Of a stretch of DNA of 49,549 nt, positions 7,921-17,327 are shown one piece after another. The position numbers and the translations under genes were made by a program. The notes below the pieces were generated by a model. That model did no database searches. It was given only the letters and a program-made list of their open reading frames with translations, and was not told where the DNA came from. The DNA is from a virus (Duplodnaviria > Caudoviricetes), in IMG/VR virus record IMGVR_UViG_3300033076_001226, positions 1 through 49,549 of that record. One strand, written 5' to 3'. Positions within the stretch are counted from its first letter, which is position 1, and every line of letters starts with the position of its first letter.

Positions 7921-8567
7921 AGTGCTACATGATGGCCCAGTACACGCCCGAGTGGTGGGAGATTCGCAGGGGCAAGCCAACCGCATCGGCATTTGACCGG
8001 ATCGTGACCCCGGGCGGGAAGGCCTCGTCTCAGGCCCGCAAGTATCTCACCGACCTGATCGGTGAGATGGTGCGGTACGATCCCGCGTTCCTCTCGTCGC
8101 GGCCGGTCACACGAGACATGGAGTACGGCACACAGTGCGAGCCCCAGGCCCGCAACTGGTACGCGATGGAACGCGACGAGGCGACCATACAGCAGGTGGG
8201 ATTCTGTACGACCGACGATGAGCGACTGGGGTGCAGCCCTGACGCGCTCGTGAACCCGGTGTACGACGGCACCCAGATCGTCGCCACCGAGGGAGTGCTG
8301 GAACTGAAATGCCCATCGGCCGGCACACACGTCGGCTACATCGAAGACCCTGAATCGCTCCTGGCTGATTACCGGCCGCAGGTGCACGGTCACCTGATCG
8401 TCACCGGTGCAAAGTGGGTGGACCTCGTCTCGTTTGCCCCCGAACTACAGCCGGTCATCGTCCGCGTGGTGCCGGACGAATACACGGTTCGGCTGGGGCA
8501 GGCACTTATCGAGTTCGCCGAGAGCCTGGCTGCCCGTCGCCGGGTGATCCTGGAGGGCGGGAAATGA
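7917..8567 (+). CDS. YqaJ/lambda-exonuclease family 5'-3' exonuclease
   Basis: QYTPEWWEIRRGKPTAS, MEYGTQCEPQAR, GCSPDALV, LELKCP, YRPQV. Confidence 0.9.
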   Translation: MKCYMMAQYTPEWWEIRRGKPTASAFDRIVTPGGKASSQARKYLTDLIGEMVRYDPAFLSSRPVTRDMEYGTQCEPQARNWYAMERDEATIQQVGFCTTDDERLGCSPDALVNPVYDGTQIVATEGVLELKCPSAGTHVGYIEDPESLLADYRPQVHGHLIVTGAKWVDLVSFAPELQPVIVRVVPDEYTVRLGQALIEFAESLAARRRVILEGGK

Positions 8568-8685
8568 CCAACCCATTTGGCGAGTGGGCGAGTATCGGCA
8601 GCACAAATCACTACGTTTTGAATGGTGGCACATTGTGCAAAGCGGCCGGGGCTCAAGACCCTCAACACCCTCAGATGGAGATTCG

Positions 8686-9501
8686 ATGGCCCCAAAGAAT
8701 AGATTCGTCGTGGCGGATGTACCGCCGATTGTCGATCCGGAGTTCAAGGCTGTCCTGGAGGTGCACGACGAGGAGACTCGAAAGGCTCTCCGGGAAAAGA
8801 TCATGGCCGAGGGGTTCCGGGAGCCCCTGACAGTTTGGGGTGATCCAGACACGCCGGAGCATTTGCCCAACATCCTGATCGACGGGCACAACCGGCTCGA
8901 CATCGCGAGCGAGTTGAAGGTCCGGTACACGGTGCGATATCTGAAGTTGCCGGGCATGGACCCGCAGAACCCGGAGCACCGGGCCGCAGTGGTGAGTTGG
9001 ATCATCGAGAACCAACTCTGCCGCCGAAACCTCAGCCCGACCCAGCGGACGTATTTGATCGGGAAACTGTTGCACGAATCGAAGTCGGGTAAATTGCCGG
9101 ACCTGAACGGTGAGGATCTTGCCGAGCGGTTCAAGGTGTCACGGCGGACCGTGTCCTACGCGGCGAAGTTCGCGGAGGCGGTGGATGCTGACCCGCAGAT
9201 GAAGCAAAAGGTGCTCGAAGGTGGGAAGGTACCCAACCCTCTCCGCCAGAAGCCCAAGCCGGCCCCCAAGCCGGCACCGGCCCCAGGATCGAAGCCGGCC
9301 GTCCAACCGCACACACTCAATTGGGACCAGTGGAAGGCCGGGATGGGGACATGTGTGAGGGTGGCGACGGCGTTCTACACACAGCACGGTCGCCAGACCG
9401 ATCAAGGTTTGGAAGACCTGACCAATCTTCTGCAACAAGCGGAGGCCCTTATGCGTGAGGAGTATCACGCAATCACCGGCCGCAAGGCCCCGGGGGTGTG
9501 A
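8686..9501 (+). CDS. ParB-like N-terminal domain plus helix-turn-helix protein
   Basis: REPLTVW..ILIDGHNR (ParB/Srx box), NQLCRRNLS, then the HTH LAERFKVSRRTV. Confidence 0.8.
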   Translation: MAPKNRFVVADVPPIVDPEFKAVLEVHDEETRKALREKIMAEGFREPLTVWGDPDTPEHLPNILIDGHNRLDIASELKVRYTVRYLKLPGMDPQNPEHRAAVVSWIIENQLCRRNLSPTQRTYLIGKLLHESKSGKLPDLNGEDLAERFKVSRRTVSYAAKFAEAVDADPQMKQKVLEGGKVPNPLRQKPKPAPKPAPAPGSKPAVQPHTLNWDQWKAGMGTCVRVATAFYTQHGRQTDQGLEDLTNLLQQAEALMREEYHAITGRKAPGV

Positions 9502-9503
9502 GC

Positions 9504-9932
9504 ATGGCGAAGAAGGCGAAGTCAGAGCCGGAGGCGAAGTCAGAGCCGGGAGGTTTCAAACTGTCGGCTGAGTACGGCAACGTGTCATTTGGTGATGGTA
9601 CATGCCGGATCGGCCTCAAGGTCGACCGGTCGCGACTGTCGCCGCAGGACGCGGATGAACGGCTCTGTGGCCGGCGACTGACCGGCTCGATCTCGTGTTC
9701 CGCGGGGAACGCGAATCCCGAGCAGGGTCAGATTTTCGAGGGAGGGGCGGAGGTCGATGGGACGTTCGACGTGAAGTCAGTCGGGTTTACTCGCAAGGCC
9801 ATCACGTTTGGGCTGACGTTTTCGACTGAGGGGTTCGACGTTGCGGCCCTGGCGGGGTTTGCCAAACGGGCTGGCACCCTGACCATCACCGGGTCCGAGG
9901 ACATCCCACAGGGAGGCGAGGATGACGAATGA
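9504..9932 (+). CDS. Hypothetical protein
   Basis: Operon-coupled ORF. Confidence 0.7.
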   Translation: MAKKAKSEPEAKSEPGGFKLSAEYGNVSFGDGTCRIGLKVDRSRLSPQDADERLCGRRLTGSISCSAGNANPEQGQIFEGGAEVDGTFDVKSVGFTRKAITFGLTFSTEGFDVAALAGFAKRAGTLTITGSEDIPQGGEDDE

Positions 9933-10251
9933 AATGCGTGACGCCTACGCCAAAGAGGCTGCTGTCCAAGCGGCAATCGCGGAGGCGGTCACCGCGACGA
10001 TGAAGCTGCTGAAGACGATTTCCGAGCAGGACGACGCCAAGGAGATTGGCGAGTTTCACGCTGCCGCGGGATTTGCTGCACTGATTGCCTCCGCGTTCAA
10101 CAAGTCGCCGCCGACGGCGGTGTTTTACAGCGGGCTACAACAGGCATTGCAATCGTACTTTTGCAAGTGCAAACAGTGCAAGCAAGAACGACGAATGGCC
10201 AAACGTCGAGCAGACGCTGCAAAGGCGGCTATGGAGCAGAAGCCCACCTAA
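9922..10251 (+). CDS. Hypothetical protein with a CxCxxC motif
   Basis: GGAGG RBS; overlaps the previous gene. Confidence 0.65.
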   Translation: MTNEMRDAYAKEAAVQAAIAEAVTATMKLLKTISEQDDAKEIGEFHAAAGFAALIASAFNKSPPTAVFYSGLQQALQSYFCKCKQCKQERRMAKRRADAAKAAMEQKPT

Positions 10252-10267
10252 CCACACGGAGTCAACC

Positions 10268-11881
10268 ATGCGAGCGCTCTGGCCCATCCAAGAGAACGGT
10301 GTCAACGGTGTCTGTGGTCTTATCCACGACGGAGCTACCCGGATCCTGTTGACCTCGCCGACTGGAACGGGCAAGAGCGTCATGATGATGACCCTAATCC
10401 GGATTTTCCGAGAGAGGGGCTGGCTGGCGGTCGTGTACTCGAACCGCAGGCTACTCACCGCCCAGCTGGTGGCCAATCTGCGAGCCGAGGGGTTCAAGGT
10501 TGGGGTGCGGGCGGCCGGGCACACCGACCAGCGACATCTGCCGATCCAGGTCGCCTCACTGCCGACCGAGCAGCGGCGGCAGGACGAGTACGGTGGCTGG
10601 GAAATCCACGGGACCGGGCAGAAGTGCCTGGTTCTGGTGGACGAGGCCCACAACCAGAAGGGGCCGAAGACGCTCAACATCCTGAACAAGCACGTTCAGG
10701 CCGGGCATGTGGTTGTCGGCGTGACGGCCACACCCATCGACCTCGGGGGGCTCTATGACCACCTGGTCATTGCCGGGGGCACGTCGGAGGGCCGGCGGTG
10801 CGGAGCGCTTGTGCCAGCGGCCCACTTTGGGCCAGACGAGCCGGACCTGGCCAAACTCAAGAGGCACCGCGAGGGCGAGGATTACACAGAGAAGGAGGTG
10901 CGTCAGGTCATGCAATCCTCGGTCATCTGGGGCCGGGTGATCGAGTATTACCGGCTGCTGAATCCGGCGGGCAAGCCCGCCATCTTGTTCGGCCCGGGAG
11001 TGAAGGAATCACTCTATTTCGCCGAGCAGTTCACAAAGGCCGGCATCCCCGCCGCACACGTCGACGGCGAGGATGTCTGGGTCAATGGCCGGATGTGGCA
11101 GTCGAGCCCCAACCTCGTTGGGGAGATTTTGGAGATGAGCCGAAACGGCCAGATTAAGGTGATCTGTAACCGGTATGTCTTTCGCGAAGGAATCGACTGC
11201 CCGTGGTTGGAGCATGGAATCTTCGCCACGGTGTTCGGCTCTCTGCAATCCTACATCCAGTCGGGCGGGCGGCTCTTGCGGGCGAGTCCGTCAACCGGCA
11301 AGACGCAGGCCGTGATACAGGATCATGGGGGTCACTGGCACAGACTGGGGAGCCTGAACTGCGATTGGCCGTGGTCGATCGACAGCACGACGGCCAGTGT
11401 GGTTGGGGTGCGGGCCGACCGGCTCCGCAGGAAGCGGGAGACCGGGGAAGTCGAGCCGTTCCGGTGCCCACAGTGCACACGGATTCTGACGGTGCGGGTG
11501 TGCCCGTGCGGCTTCGAGCCACGCAAGCGATCGAGAGTCGTCGTGCAGGTCGACGGCACATTGAAGGAGTTGATGGGCGACATCTACCGGCCGAAGGCGG
11601 TTGCCAAAGGCAGCGGTGCCATCGGGAAGTGGGTGGCCATGTACTGGCGGTCGGTACGGATGAAGAACAAGCCGCGGACGTTTGCCCAGGCGTTCGCTTT
11701 GTTTGCGGCTGAAAACAATTGGCAGTGGCCCGACCGGTCCTGGCCACTCATGCCCAAGCGGGACATCGACGTGTACAACCGGGTGTGCGATGTGCCCTTC
11801 AAGAATCTGGTCGACGGGGGGCGGTATGAGAACACGAAGGTTCAGGATGTGGCAGTCGATCCTGAGTATGAATCGGCGTGA
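10268..11881 (+). CDS. Superfamily 2 DEAH helicase with a C-terminal Zn ribbon
   Basis: SPTGTGKS, LVDEAH, TATP, EGIDCP, QSGGRLLR, CPQC...CPCG. Confidence 0.92.
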   Translation: MRALWPIQENGVNGVCGLIHDGATRILLTSPTGTGKSVMMMTLIRIFRERGWLAVVYSNRRLLTAQLVANLRAEGFKVGVRAAGHTDQRHLPIQVASLPTEQRRQDEYGGWEIHGTGQKCLVLVDEAHNQKGPKTLNILNKHVQAGHVVVGVTATPIDLGGLYDHLVIAGGTSEGRRCGALVPAAHFGPDEPDLAKLKRHREGEDYTEKEVRQVMQSSVIWGRVIEYYRLLNPAGKPAILFGPGVKESLYFAEQFTKAGIPAAHVDGEDVWVNGRMWQSSPNLVGEILEMSRNGQIKVICNRYVFREGIDCPWLEHGIFATVFGSLQSYIQSGGRLLRASPSTGKTQAVIQDHGGHWHRLGSLNCDWPWSIDSTTASVVGVRADRLRRKRETGEVEPFRCPQCTRILTVRVCPCGFEPRKRSRVVVQVDGTLKELMGDIYRPKAVAKGSGAIGKWVAMYWRSVRMKNKPRTFAQAFALFAAENNWQWPDRSWPLMPKRDIDVYNRVCDVPFKNLVDGGRYENTKVQDVAVDPEYESA

Positions 11882-11892
11882 TGGAGGCCGTG

Positions 11893-12153
11893 ATGGCTGA
11901 CAAGATGCCGAGGGAAGAAGTGATTCGCCGGGCCAAGTATGCCATCGTCGGGCTTGTGACCGACGGGATCGTGTCGCGGCGAAGCGGCGGCGAGTTGGCG
12001 ATGTACCTCGAAGCCGCCATCAAAACAGTCGAGACCACAATCGGCAGGGTCTACGACGCTGGTGCCCAGGATGCCGATGCGAGGGCGGCGCGTCCCGCCC
12101 AACGGGGGAAGACCAATGGCAGCGAAGGACAAAACGGCCAAGCCGGCGGGTGA
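11893..12153 (+). CDS. Hypothetical protein
   Basis: GGAGG RBS. Confidence 0.6.
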   Translation: MADKMPREEVIRRAKYAIVGLVTDGIVSRRSGGELAMYLEAAIKTVETTIGRVYDAGAQDADARAARPAQRGKTNGSEGQNGQAGG

Positions 12154-12382
12154 TTTGGCACAATGTGCCAACAAGCCCAAACCGATGACTTGGTGGCAGC
12201 GGGCGGCGAGGATCGAGAAGCTTCTGGAAGGGCTGAATCCACAGCAAAAGGTGACGCTGCTAAACTCGATCCGCGACCAAGTCTACATGAGCAGCATCCC
12301 GACAGGCAGCGAGCAGTCCCGGGCCGTGGTCGCCGGGACGGCCGAACAACCCGCTTCCTTTAACCCGGTGGGTGGATCATGA
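12116..12382 (+). CDS. Hypothetical protein
   Basis: Operon-coupled ORF; ATGA overlap with the next gene. Confidence 0.6.
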   Translation: MAAKDKTAKPAGDLAQCANKPKPMTWWQRAARIEKLLEGLNPQQKVTLLNSIRDQVYMSSIPTGSEQSRAVVAGTAEQPASFNPVGGS

Positions 12383-12807
12383 AAGGGCAGACCGTTGGCG
12401 AGGCAATAGCTGCGGCACTCGCGAGCGGTCAGGCGGTTGAGGGGGCGTCGGTGCGGATCGAGGCCGCGCCCCCTCGGCTGGCTGCGGACGTGAGCGAGAA
12501 GGACTTCCAGCAGACGGTTATCGAGTTGGCGCAGAACTGTGGCTGGATGGTCGCACACTTCCGGCCGGTGCGAATTCAGCGGGCAGACGGGTCGGTGTAC
12601 TACGAGACTCCGGCAGCGGCCGATGGGGCTGGGTTTCCCGATCTAGTGCTTGTGCGGGATCGGGTGATCTTCGCCGAGTTGAAGGCCCAGAAGGGGCGGT
12701 TGAGCGAGGGTCAGCTGGAGTGGAAGGCGGCCCTGTTGGGGGCCGGGGCAGTTTGGCGGCTGTGGCGGCCGTCAGATATCGAAACCATTCACGAGGAGCT
12801 GAGATGA
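12379..12807 (+). CDS. VRR-NUC domain nuclease (possible Holliday junction resolvase)
   Basis: SEKDFQ...GFPDLVLV...FAELKAQKGRLSEGQLEW. Confidence 0.88.
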   Translation: MKGQTVGEAIAAALASGQAVEGASVRIEAAPPRLAADVSEKDFQQTVIELAQNCGWMVAHFRPVRIQRADGSVYYETPAAADGAGFPDLVLVRDRVIFAELKAQKGRLSEGQLEWKAALLGAGAVWRLWRPSDIETIHEELR

Positions 12808-13079
12808 ACGCGATTCCGGAACTTGAAGCGGCAAACGTGGCGGTGACAACAGCCAGGTCTGCCCGGCATGAACTGATGAGCCGGTACTTCACAAAAGGCT
12901 CGGAATGGCTGTATGACGGCCTGAAAGTCAAACTCTCCAGCGTTACGCCTACCGGGATGTTGTGGGTTACTCTGGTCGACTGTCCGGCTTGGCAGAAGGA
13001 GGTGCACTACACGAGCTTGGAGCCCATCCCGGAAAAATCTGCGGCGGGTGCCGTTGACGAAGCGAAGCCGGGCGGGTAA
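12804..13079 (+). CDS. Hypothetical protein
   Basis: GAGGAG RBS; ATGA overlap. Confidence 0.65.
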   Translation: MNAIPELEAANVAVTTARSARHELMSRYFTKGSEWLYDGLKVKLSSVTPTGMLWVTLVDCPAWQKEVHYTSLEPIPEKSAAGAVDEAKPGG

Positions 13080-13421
13080 AGAAAATCGGCCGGCGATTGA
13101 AGACGCCGGCCGACCCTAAAAAAATCAGCGAAGTGCAGGAATCTTATCACTGCACTTCGTGTTTTCAAGGTCGCAACAGGCTCAGGTTGCCAAAGGCAGC
13201 GGCAAGACGCAGGGCCGAACCTGCTGTCGGGCTGGACCGGTCCCCCTCCCGGGGGATAGCGAATCAGGGGATCACCCCCTCCCGGTGCCAGCATAGCCGC
13301 CAGACGACTTCTCCGAGGGGAGGGGTTTGGGGTGGGGTGCGTACCCAAGCAATTCCCGGATACACCACCCCACGGAAAACCGGCCCGGACGGGCGTTGCA
13401 CACCACACACAGGGGGCTGAG

Positions 13422-13862
13422 ATGAGCGAGCCGACATCGGCAGTCAGCGAACGCGGGGACGGCCCGGTCGATCGCGCGGCGTGGGCTGCGGCCATCGACC
13501 CCGCAGCGGCCCTTGAGGCTTGGGCGGACCAGCCGCGACGGCATTATCAGCTCACTTGTTCGGCCGGGTACTCGCCAGTCGTCTACCTTCGGGATGACAC
13601 TCGGCAGGTGGTTGTCAATCGCTTTGACCTGCCCGACTCCGAGAAATGCACGCTGGCCGCACTGATCCGGCTGGCTCTTGAGCAGTGGCGGGAAGGTGAA
13701 AAGCGGCTGGTGAGTGTCGACGCCCCAGATGGCTTCCCATTTGAGAGCCTTCCGCCGCAAGGGCGAGTGTTCCTGACCTACAGCGACGGCGCCGCAGAAC
13801 GACGGGTCATGACTGAGCAGCAGTATCGGGAACTCAGGGCCAAGATGGAGGCCGGCCAATGA
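13422..13862 (+). CDS. Hypothetical protein
   Basis: AGGGGG RBS. Confidence 0.65.
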   Translation: MSEPTSAVSERGDGPVDRAAWAAAIDPAAALEAWADQPRRHYQLTCSAGYSPVVYLRDDTRQVVVNRFDLPDSEKCTLAALIRLALEQWREGEKRLVSVDAPDGFPFESLPPQGRVFLTYSDGAAERRVMTEQQYRELRAKMEAGQ

Positions 13863-14683
13863 CCGACGGTGACGCGATCTATGCCGCGATCCTGGCCGAG
13901 CCCGGGGAGGATCTGCACCGGCTGGCCTACGCCGACTGGCTGGAGGAGACGGCGGGGCAGATGACGTGCCCGTGGTGCCAGGGTAGTGGGTGGCGTGATT
14001 CACGCACCCGCACGGCTGAGATGGATGCCGACGAATACGGCGTCAGTTCGGCGAGGTGCGACCGGTGCGGCGGGAACGGCACGGTCGACAATGGACACGA
14101 GCGGAGGGCGGAGTTTATCCGGGTCCAGGTGGAGTTGGCCCGGTTCCCAGAAAGGGAAGACGACTTCGCCAGACTACCAGTAGAAATGCGGAGCGAGTTT
14201 CACAGATTACTGTCGCGAGAAGACTTGTTGTTCTCAGAACACAAAAATGAGTGGTTCGACGTGCCGGCGATTTTGTATCACGGCAGCGAGTCAGAGGACG
14301 CCGACCAGTACGAGGATTTGGGAGCAGCCATCGTTCGTTGCGGATTCGTCTACGAAATCCGCATGACTCACGACTCGTTCCTCGCCCACCTGCCCGCGCT
14401 GGCCCGGCATCCAATCACGAGGGTGGTGCTGACGGACCGGGAGCCCCTCAATAACGCTGGTGTGGGCACGTACTTCGGCGAGGCTCCCGGTCCGGCCGAC
14501 ACATGGTACTGGTTACGGGGCCGCGGGCTACAGTGGGAGGTGCCGCCCGAAATGTGGGGGCCGGAGTTGGGGGAGCCGTTCGCGTCGGAGCAAGCCGCCC
14601 TCGACGCCCTGTCCGCCGCGTGCGTCCGACTGCTGGCCCAGACGCGGGCACAACACACAGGAGTCTCGCCCAGCAAGGGCTGA
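13859..14683 (+). CDS. TIGR02996 domain protein with an inserted DnaJ-type Zn finger
   Basis: AIYAAILAEPGEDLHRLAYADWLEE-[CPWCQGSG...CDRCGGNG]-RRAEFIRVQVELA. Confidence 0.88.
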   Translation: MTDGDAIYAAILAEPGEDLHRLAYADWLEETAGQMTCPWCQGSGWRDSRTRTAEMDADEYGVSSARCDRCGGNGTVDNGHERRAEFIRVQVELARFPEREDDFARLPVEMRSEFHRLLSREDLLFSEHKNEWFDVPAILYHGSESEDADQYEDLGAAIVRCGFVYEIRMTHDSFLAHLPALARHPITRVVLTDREPLNNAGVGTYFGEAPGPADTWYWLRGRGLQWEVPPEMWGPELGEPFASEQAALDALSAACVRLLAQTRAQHTGVSPSKG

Positions 14684-14762
14684 TTTCACCGTCAACCGGC
14701 CCTGGGCACATTGTGCAGGGCACACATTCAGGAGTGCAACATGACCGTGAAAAGGAACCAAC

Positions 14763-15149
14763 TTGAAGCGGCGATTGATCAACCGGGACCAAGCCATTCG
14801 AGCCGCCATGCGGGGGCCAATGGCCCCGAACAGGGATCAGGCCGAAAGCATGATCCCGTCCCCCGGCATCCACTGGGTCATCGTGGGCGGCGAGTCAGGC
14901 CCCGGTGCCCGGCCGTGTCGCGTCGAGTGGATCAGGGATATCGTCCGGCAATGCCGGGACGCGGGGGTGCCGGTGTTTGTGAAGCAACTGGGGGCTGCGG
15001 CCACTGGAGGCGTTGCTGGCGACTGGACCCCCCAGGGCGTCCAGTTGGCCCTTCGCGGCGGTATTCGTCTCGGCGACCGCAAGGGTGGCGACTGGTACGA
15101 GTGGCCGGCCGATCTCCGCGTTCGTGAATATCCGAGGAGGACGGCATGA
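14763..15149 (+). pseudogene. C-terminal fragment of a DUF5131 (phage Gp37/Gp68) protein
   Basis: IHWVIVGGESGPGARPC..EWIRDIVRQC...VPVFVKQLG...LRVREYP; N-terminal Cys cluster absent; the RBS-linked ATG at 14741 is out of frame. Confidence 0.7.
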
Positions 15150-15358
15150 GCACTCCGGAGTCGCGAGCCTTCATCCGTCAGGAAATGTTCGTGATGCCAT
15201 GTCGGTTTTGTGGGGCTGGCTACATGCCACAATCTTTCGGTGTGGGCTATTTGGTGGAATGCAGAAGTCGCTGCCTGCAATCAGAGTTACTGATAAAGGT
15301 TTGCAGTTCGCCAGCGCTGGCCATTGGCCACTGGAGCGACCAAGTCAAGCCGCAATGA
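15146..15358 (+). CDS. Small Zn-ribbon protein (Lar-like)
   Basis: PCRFCG...YLVECRSRC...AIGHW; ATGA overlap. Confidence 0.5.
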   Translation: MSTPESRAFIRQEMFVMPCRFCGAGYMPQSFGVGYLVECRSRCLQSELLIKVCSSPALAIGHWSDQVKPQ

Positions 15359-15392
15359 GCCGATTGCACATTGTGCACACAGGAGAAAACGG

Positions 15393-15827
15393 ATGCCCCC
15401 ACCGAAAGGAGTGAAGTACCACATGATCGGCCTCACGAAGACCGGCCAGGCCAAACACAGGCCGGTTGTGCGTGAGCCAGCGGCCAAACGGAAGCCCGCC
15501 CCCGACACTCTCAGGTACTCCCGATACCGGGCCGCGAAGTTCTTCACCCCGGCACAGATGGAGGCCCGACTGGCGGAGAAGGCGGAGACCGTTGCGGAGG
15601 AAGAGACGCACGAAGTGCCCTGGCATTGCTGGGCGTGCGGCAAGCCGGCCCCATGCCGCAAGACGACGGTAGCAGCGTTCAAGCGGGCGGGGTGGGTGGC
15701 GAGAGAACACCTGACAGAAGGAGGGACGCGTGGAAGCTACCGAGAGATCGAGCGATATTGCCCCGACTGTTTCCGCAAGTACGGATGGCCCGAAGTGCGC
15801 GCATTGCGGGGTAAGGAGGATACATAG
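15393..15827 (+). CDS. Basic Zn-binding hypothetical protein
   Basis: CAGGAG RBS; CWAC...YCPDC. Confidence 0.65.
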   Translation: MPPPKGVKYHMIGLTKTGQAKHRPVVREPAAKRKPAPDTLRYSRYRAAKFFTPAQMEARLAEKAETVAEEETHEVPWHCWACGKPAPCRKTTVAAFKRAGWVAREHLTEGGTRGSYREIERYCPDCFRKYGWPEVRALRGKEDT

Positions 15828-16047
15828 GCCCCGCGGGTTGTGCTGGACGTGCTACTACACGCCGGGGGTCAGGTCTGCCTACGGCAGCGTGGCCCCACAA
15901 GCACGCCGAGGCTTTGGAACGGCAGCGATATCGCGACCGCTGCCGGAGCCGACAAGTGCCAGGCCCGGCACGCCGGAGAAACAGTGGGTTCTGGCAGAGC
16001 GCGCCAGACAAGAGCAGCAGTTGTTTCACCCCGAAGATGCCAGGTAA
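15730..16047 (+). CDS. Small Zn-finger protein of a family I recall from planctomycetes (start uncertain)
   Basis: CAHC...RGLCWTCY and PTSARPGTPEKQWVLAERARQEQQLFHPED. Confidence 0.6.
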   Translation: MEATERSSDIAPTVSASTDGPKCAHCGVRRIHRPRGLCWTCYYTPGVRSAYGSVAPQARRGFGTAAISRPLPEPTSARPGTPEKQWVLAERARQEQQLFHPEDAR

Positions 16048-16067
16048 CACCACAACAGGAGTCGAAG

Positions 16068-16682
16068 ATGGAGAGTGCAATTCTGGTCGGCATCACCGCC
16101 ACGTCGGTGATTGCCATGCTCGGGTTCTGGTGGACCAGCGAGCAGTACAGGCGGCAGGTCGAGAAGTTGAAGCACGAATGGACTGAGGACAGGGGCGAAC
16201 TGGCGGTGGCAAACGCCCAGCACGAAGCGGCCAGGGAGTTGCTGGAAGAAGGTGAGGTAATTCGCAACGGCCAGTTGTCGACGATTGAGCGGCTGCGAAA
16301 TGACCTCGCCGTACACGTGGCAGCCGTGCAGTCCACCGCGAAGGAGCGTGATGATCTGCGGGCCACCCTGGCGGTGCGAGAGGAGCAGTACAACCGATTG
16401 GTCGCCGACGTGGATATGCTCACCCGCTACCGGCTCAGGGAGTTGGAAGGCGTCAACAACATGGCGGTGTCGGAGGCCACAGTCCTGCGTGGGCGAGTGG
16501 GCGAGTTGGTTGCCACAATGGCGGATATGGAGAAGATCAAGGCCAACGACAGGAACAAGATCGCATCGGTCATCGGTGGGATCGCCGAGGCCATGAGCCG
16601 GGTCGGCTCGGAGATTGCTTGGCTCAGATCGCACTTCCGCATCGAGAAGCCATTCAAGCCAACAGGGGAGGCCGGGTCATGA
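16068..16682 (+). CDS. Membrane-anchored coiled-coil protein
   Basis: CAGGAG RBS; N-terminal TM segment then long heptad repeats. Confidence 0.75.
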   Translation: MESAILVGITATSVIAMLGFWWTSEQYRRQVEKLKHEWTEDRGELAVANAQHEAARELLEEGEVIRNGQLSTIERLRNDLAVHVAAVQSTAKERDDLRATLAVREEQYNRLVADVDMLTRYRLRELEGVNNMAVSEATVLRGRVGELVATMADMEKIKANDRNKIASVIGGIAEAMSRVGSEIAWLRSHFRIEKPFKPTGEAGS

Positions 16683-16891
16683 GTTACCCGTTTTCCGCGG
16701 TGGGCACCATTCTTCTCTGGGGGTTCAGCGTGTCGGCGAGTATTGCCGTGCGCGTGAGCTCCCCGTGGGCCAGATGGCTTGCCCTTCAATCGGCAACGAC
16801 GCTCTTTCGCCTGTGGATCGCAACGAACCGCCGGCCCAGCCCGTTGCGACATCTCTCTTCAGTCAAGGTGGAGGTGAGTCATGAGTCTTGA
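16679..16891 (+). CDS. Small hydrophobic protein
   Basis: ATGA overlap; two hydrophobic segments. Confidence 0.45.
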   Translation: MSYPFSAVGTILLWGFSVSASIAVRVSSPWARWLALQSATTLFRLWIATNRRPSPLRHLSSVKVEVSHES

Positions 16892-17327
16892 AACATGCAC
16901 CTACTGCAACGGCGTCAAGGGCCGCGAGCCGGCCGGCAAAGAGTGCTGCATCTGGCGTGACATTGAGAAGGGCGGTTTCTTCCAGCGGGCAATCGGTCAG
17001 GAAGTAATCGAGGATTGGACCCAGACGCGACTGGAGTGCACGTCCGGCCCGGTGCTGCGGGTGACATGGGTGTGGTCCAAGAACATCGACTGGCCCAAGT
17101 TGCCAGTGCAGCCACGATTCGCAACCGGGCCGGCCTACAAGCTGGTGAAGGTGGTGATACCGCCGTTGCGGGGGAGCCCCAGGCGGGTTGAGACGCTGCG
17201 GTATCATGCGTTCGCGTACTCCGCCACGCGGTTCGATCAAGCTCGGACAGACGCCTACCAGGACTCCGAGGGGAAGATGTTCCGCAACCTCGGGGAATAC
17301 TTCGAGCACCAATGGAGGCCATTCTGA
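16881..17327 (+). CDS. Hypothetical protein
   Basis: GGAGGT RBS. Confidence 0.65.
   Translation: MSLETCTYCNGVKGREPAGKECCIWRDIEKGGFFQRAIGQEVIEDWTQTRLECTSGPVLRVTWVWSKNIDWPKLPVQPRFATGPAYKLVKVVIPPLRGSPRRVETLRYHAFAYSATRFDQARTDAYQDSEGKMFRNLGEYFEHQWRPF

Noticed and set aside
8564-8830. ORF MTNPFGEW... after the exonuclease
   Set aside because: Overlaps the ParB-like gene by about 145 bp out of frame; the region is better explained as a regulatory leader
9514-9549. Short in-frame tandem duplications (AKSEPE/AKSEPG here; DCADCAD near 3082-3102)
   Set aside because: Ordinary slippage duplications in low-complexity protein segments
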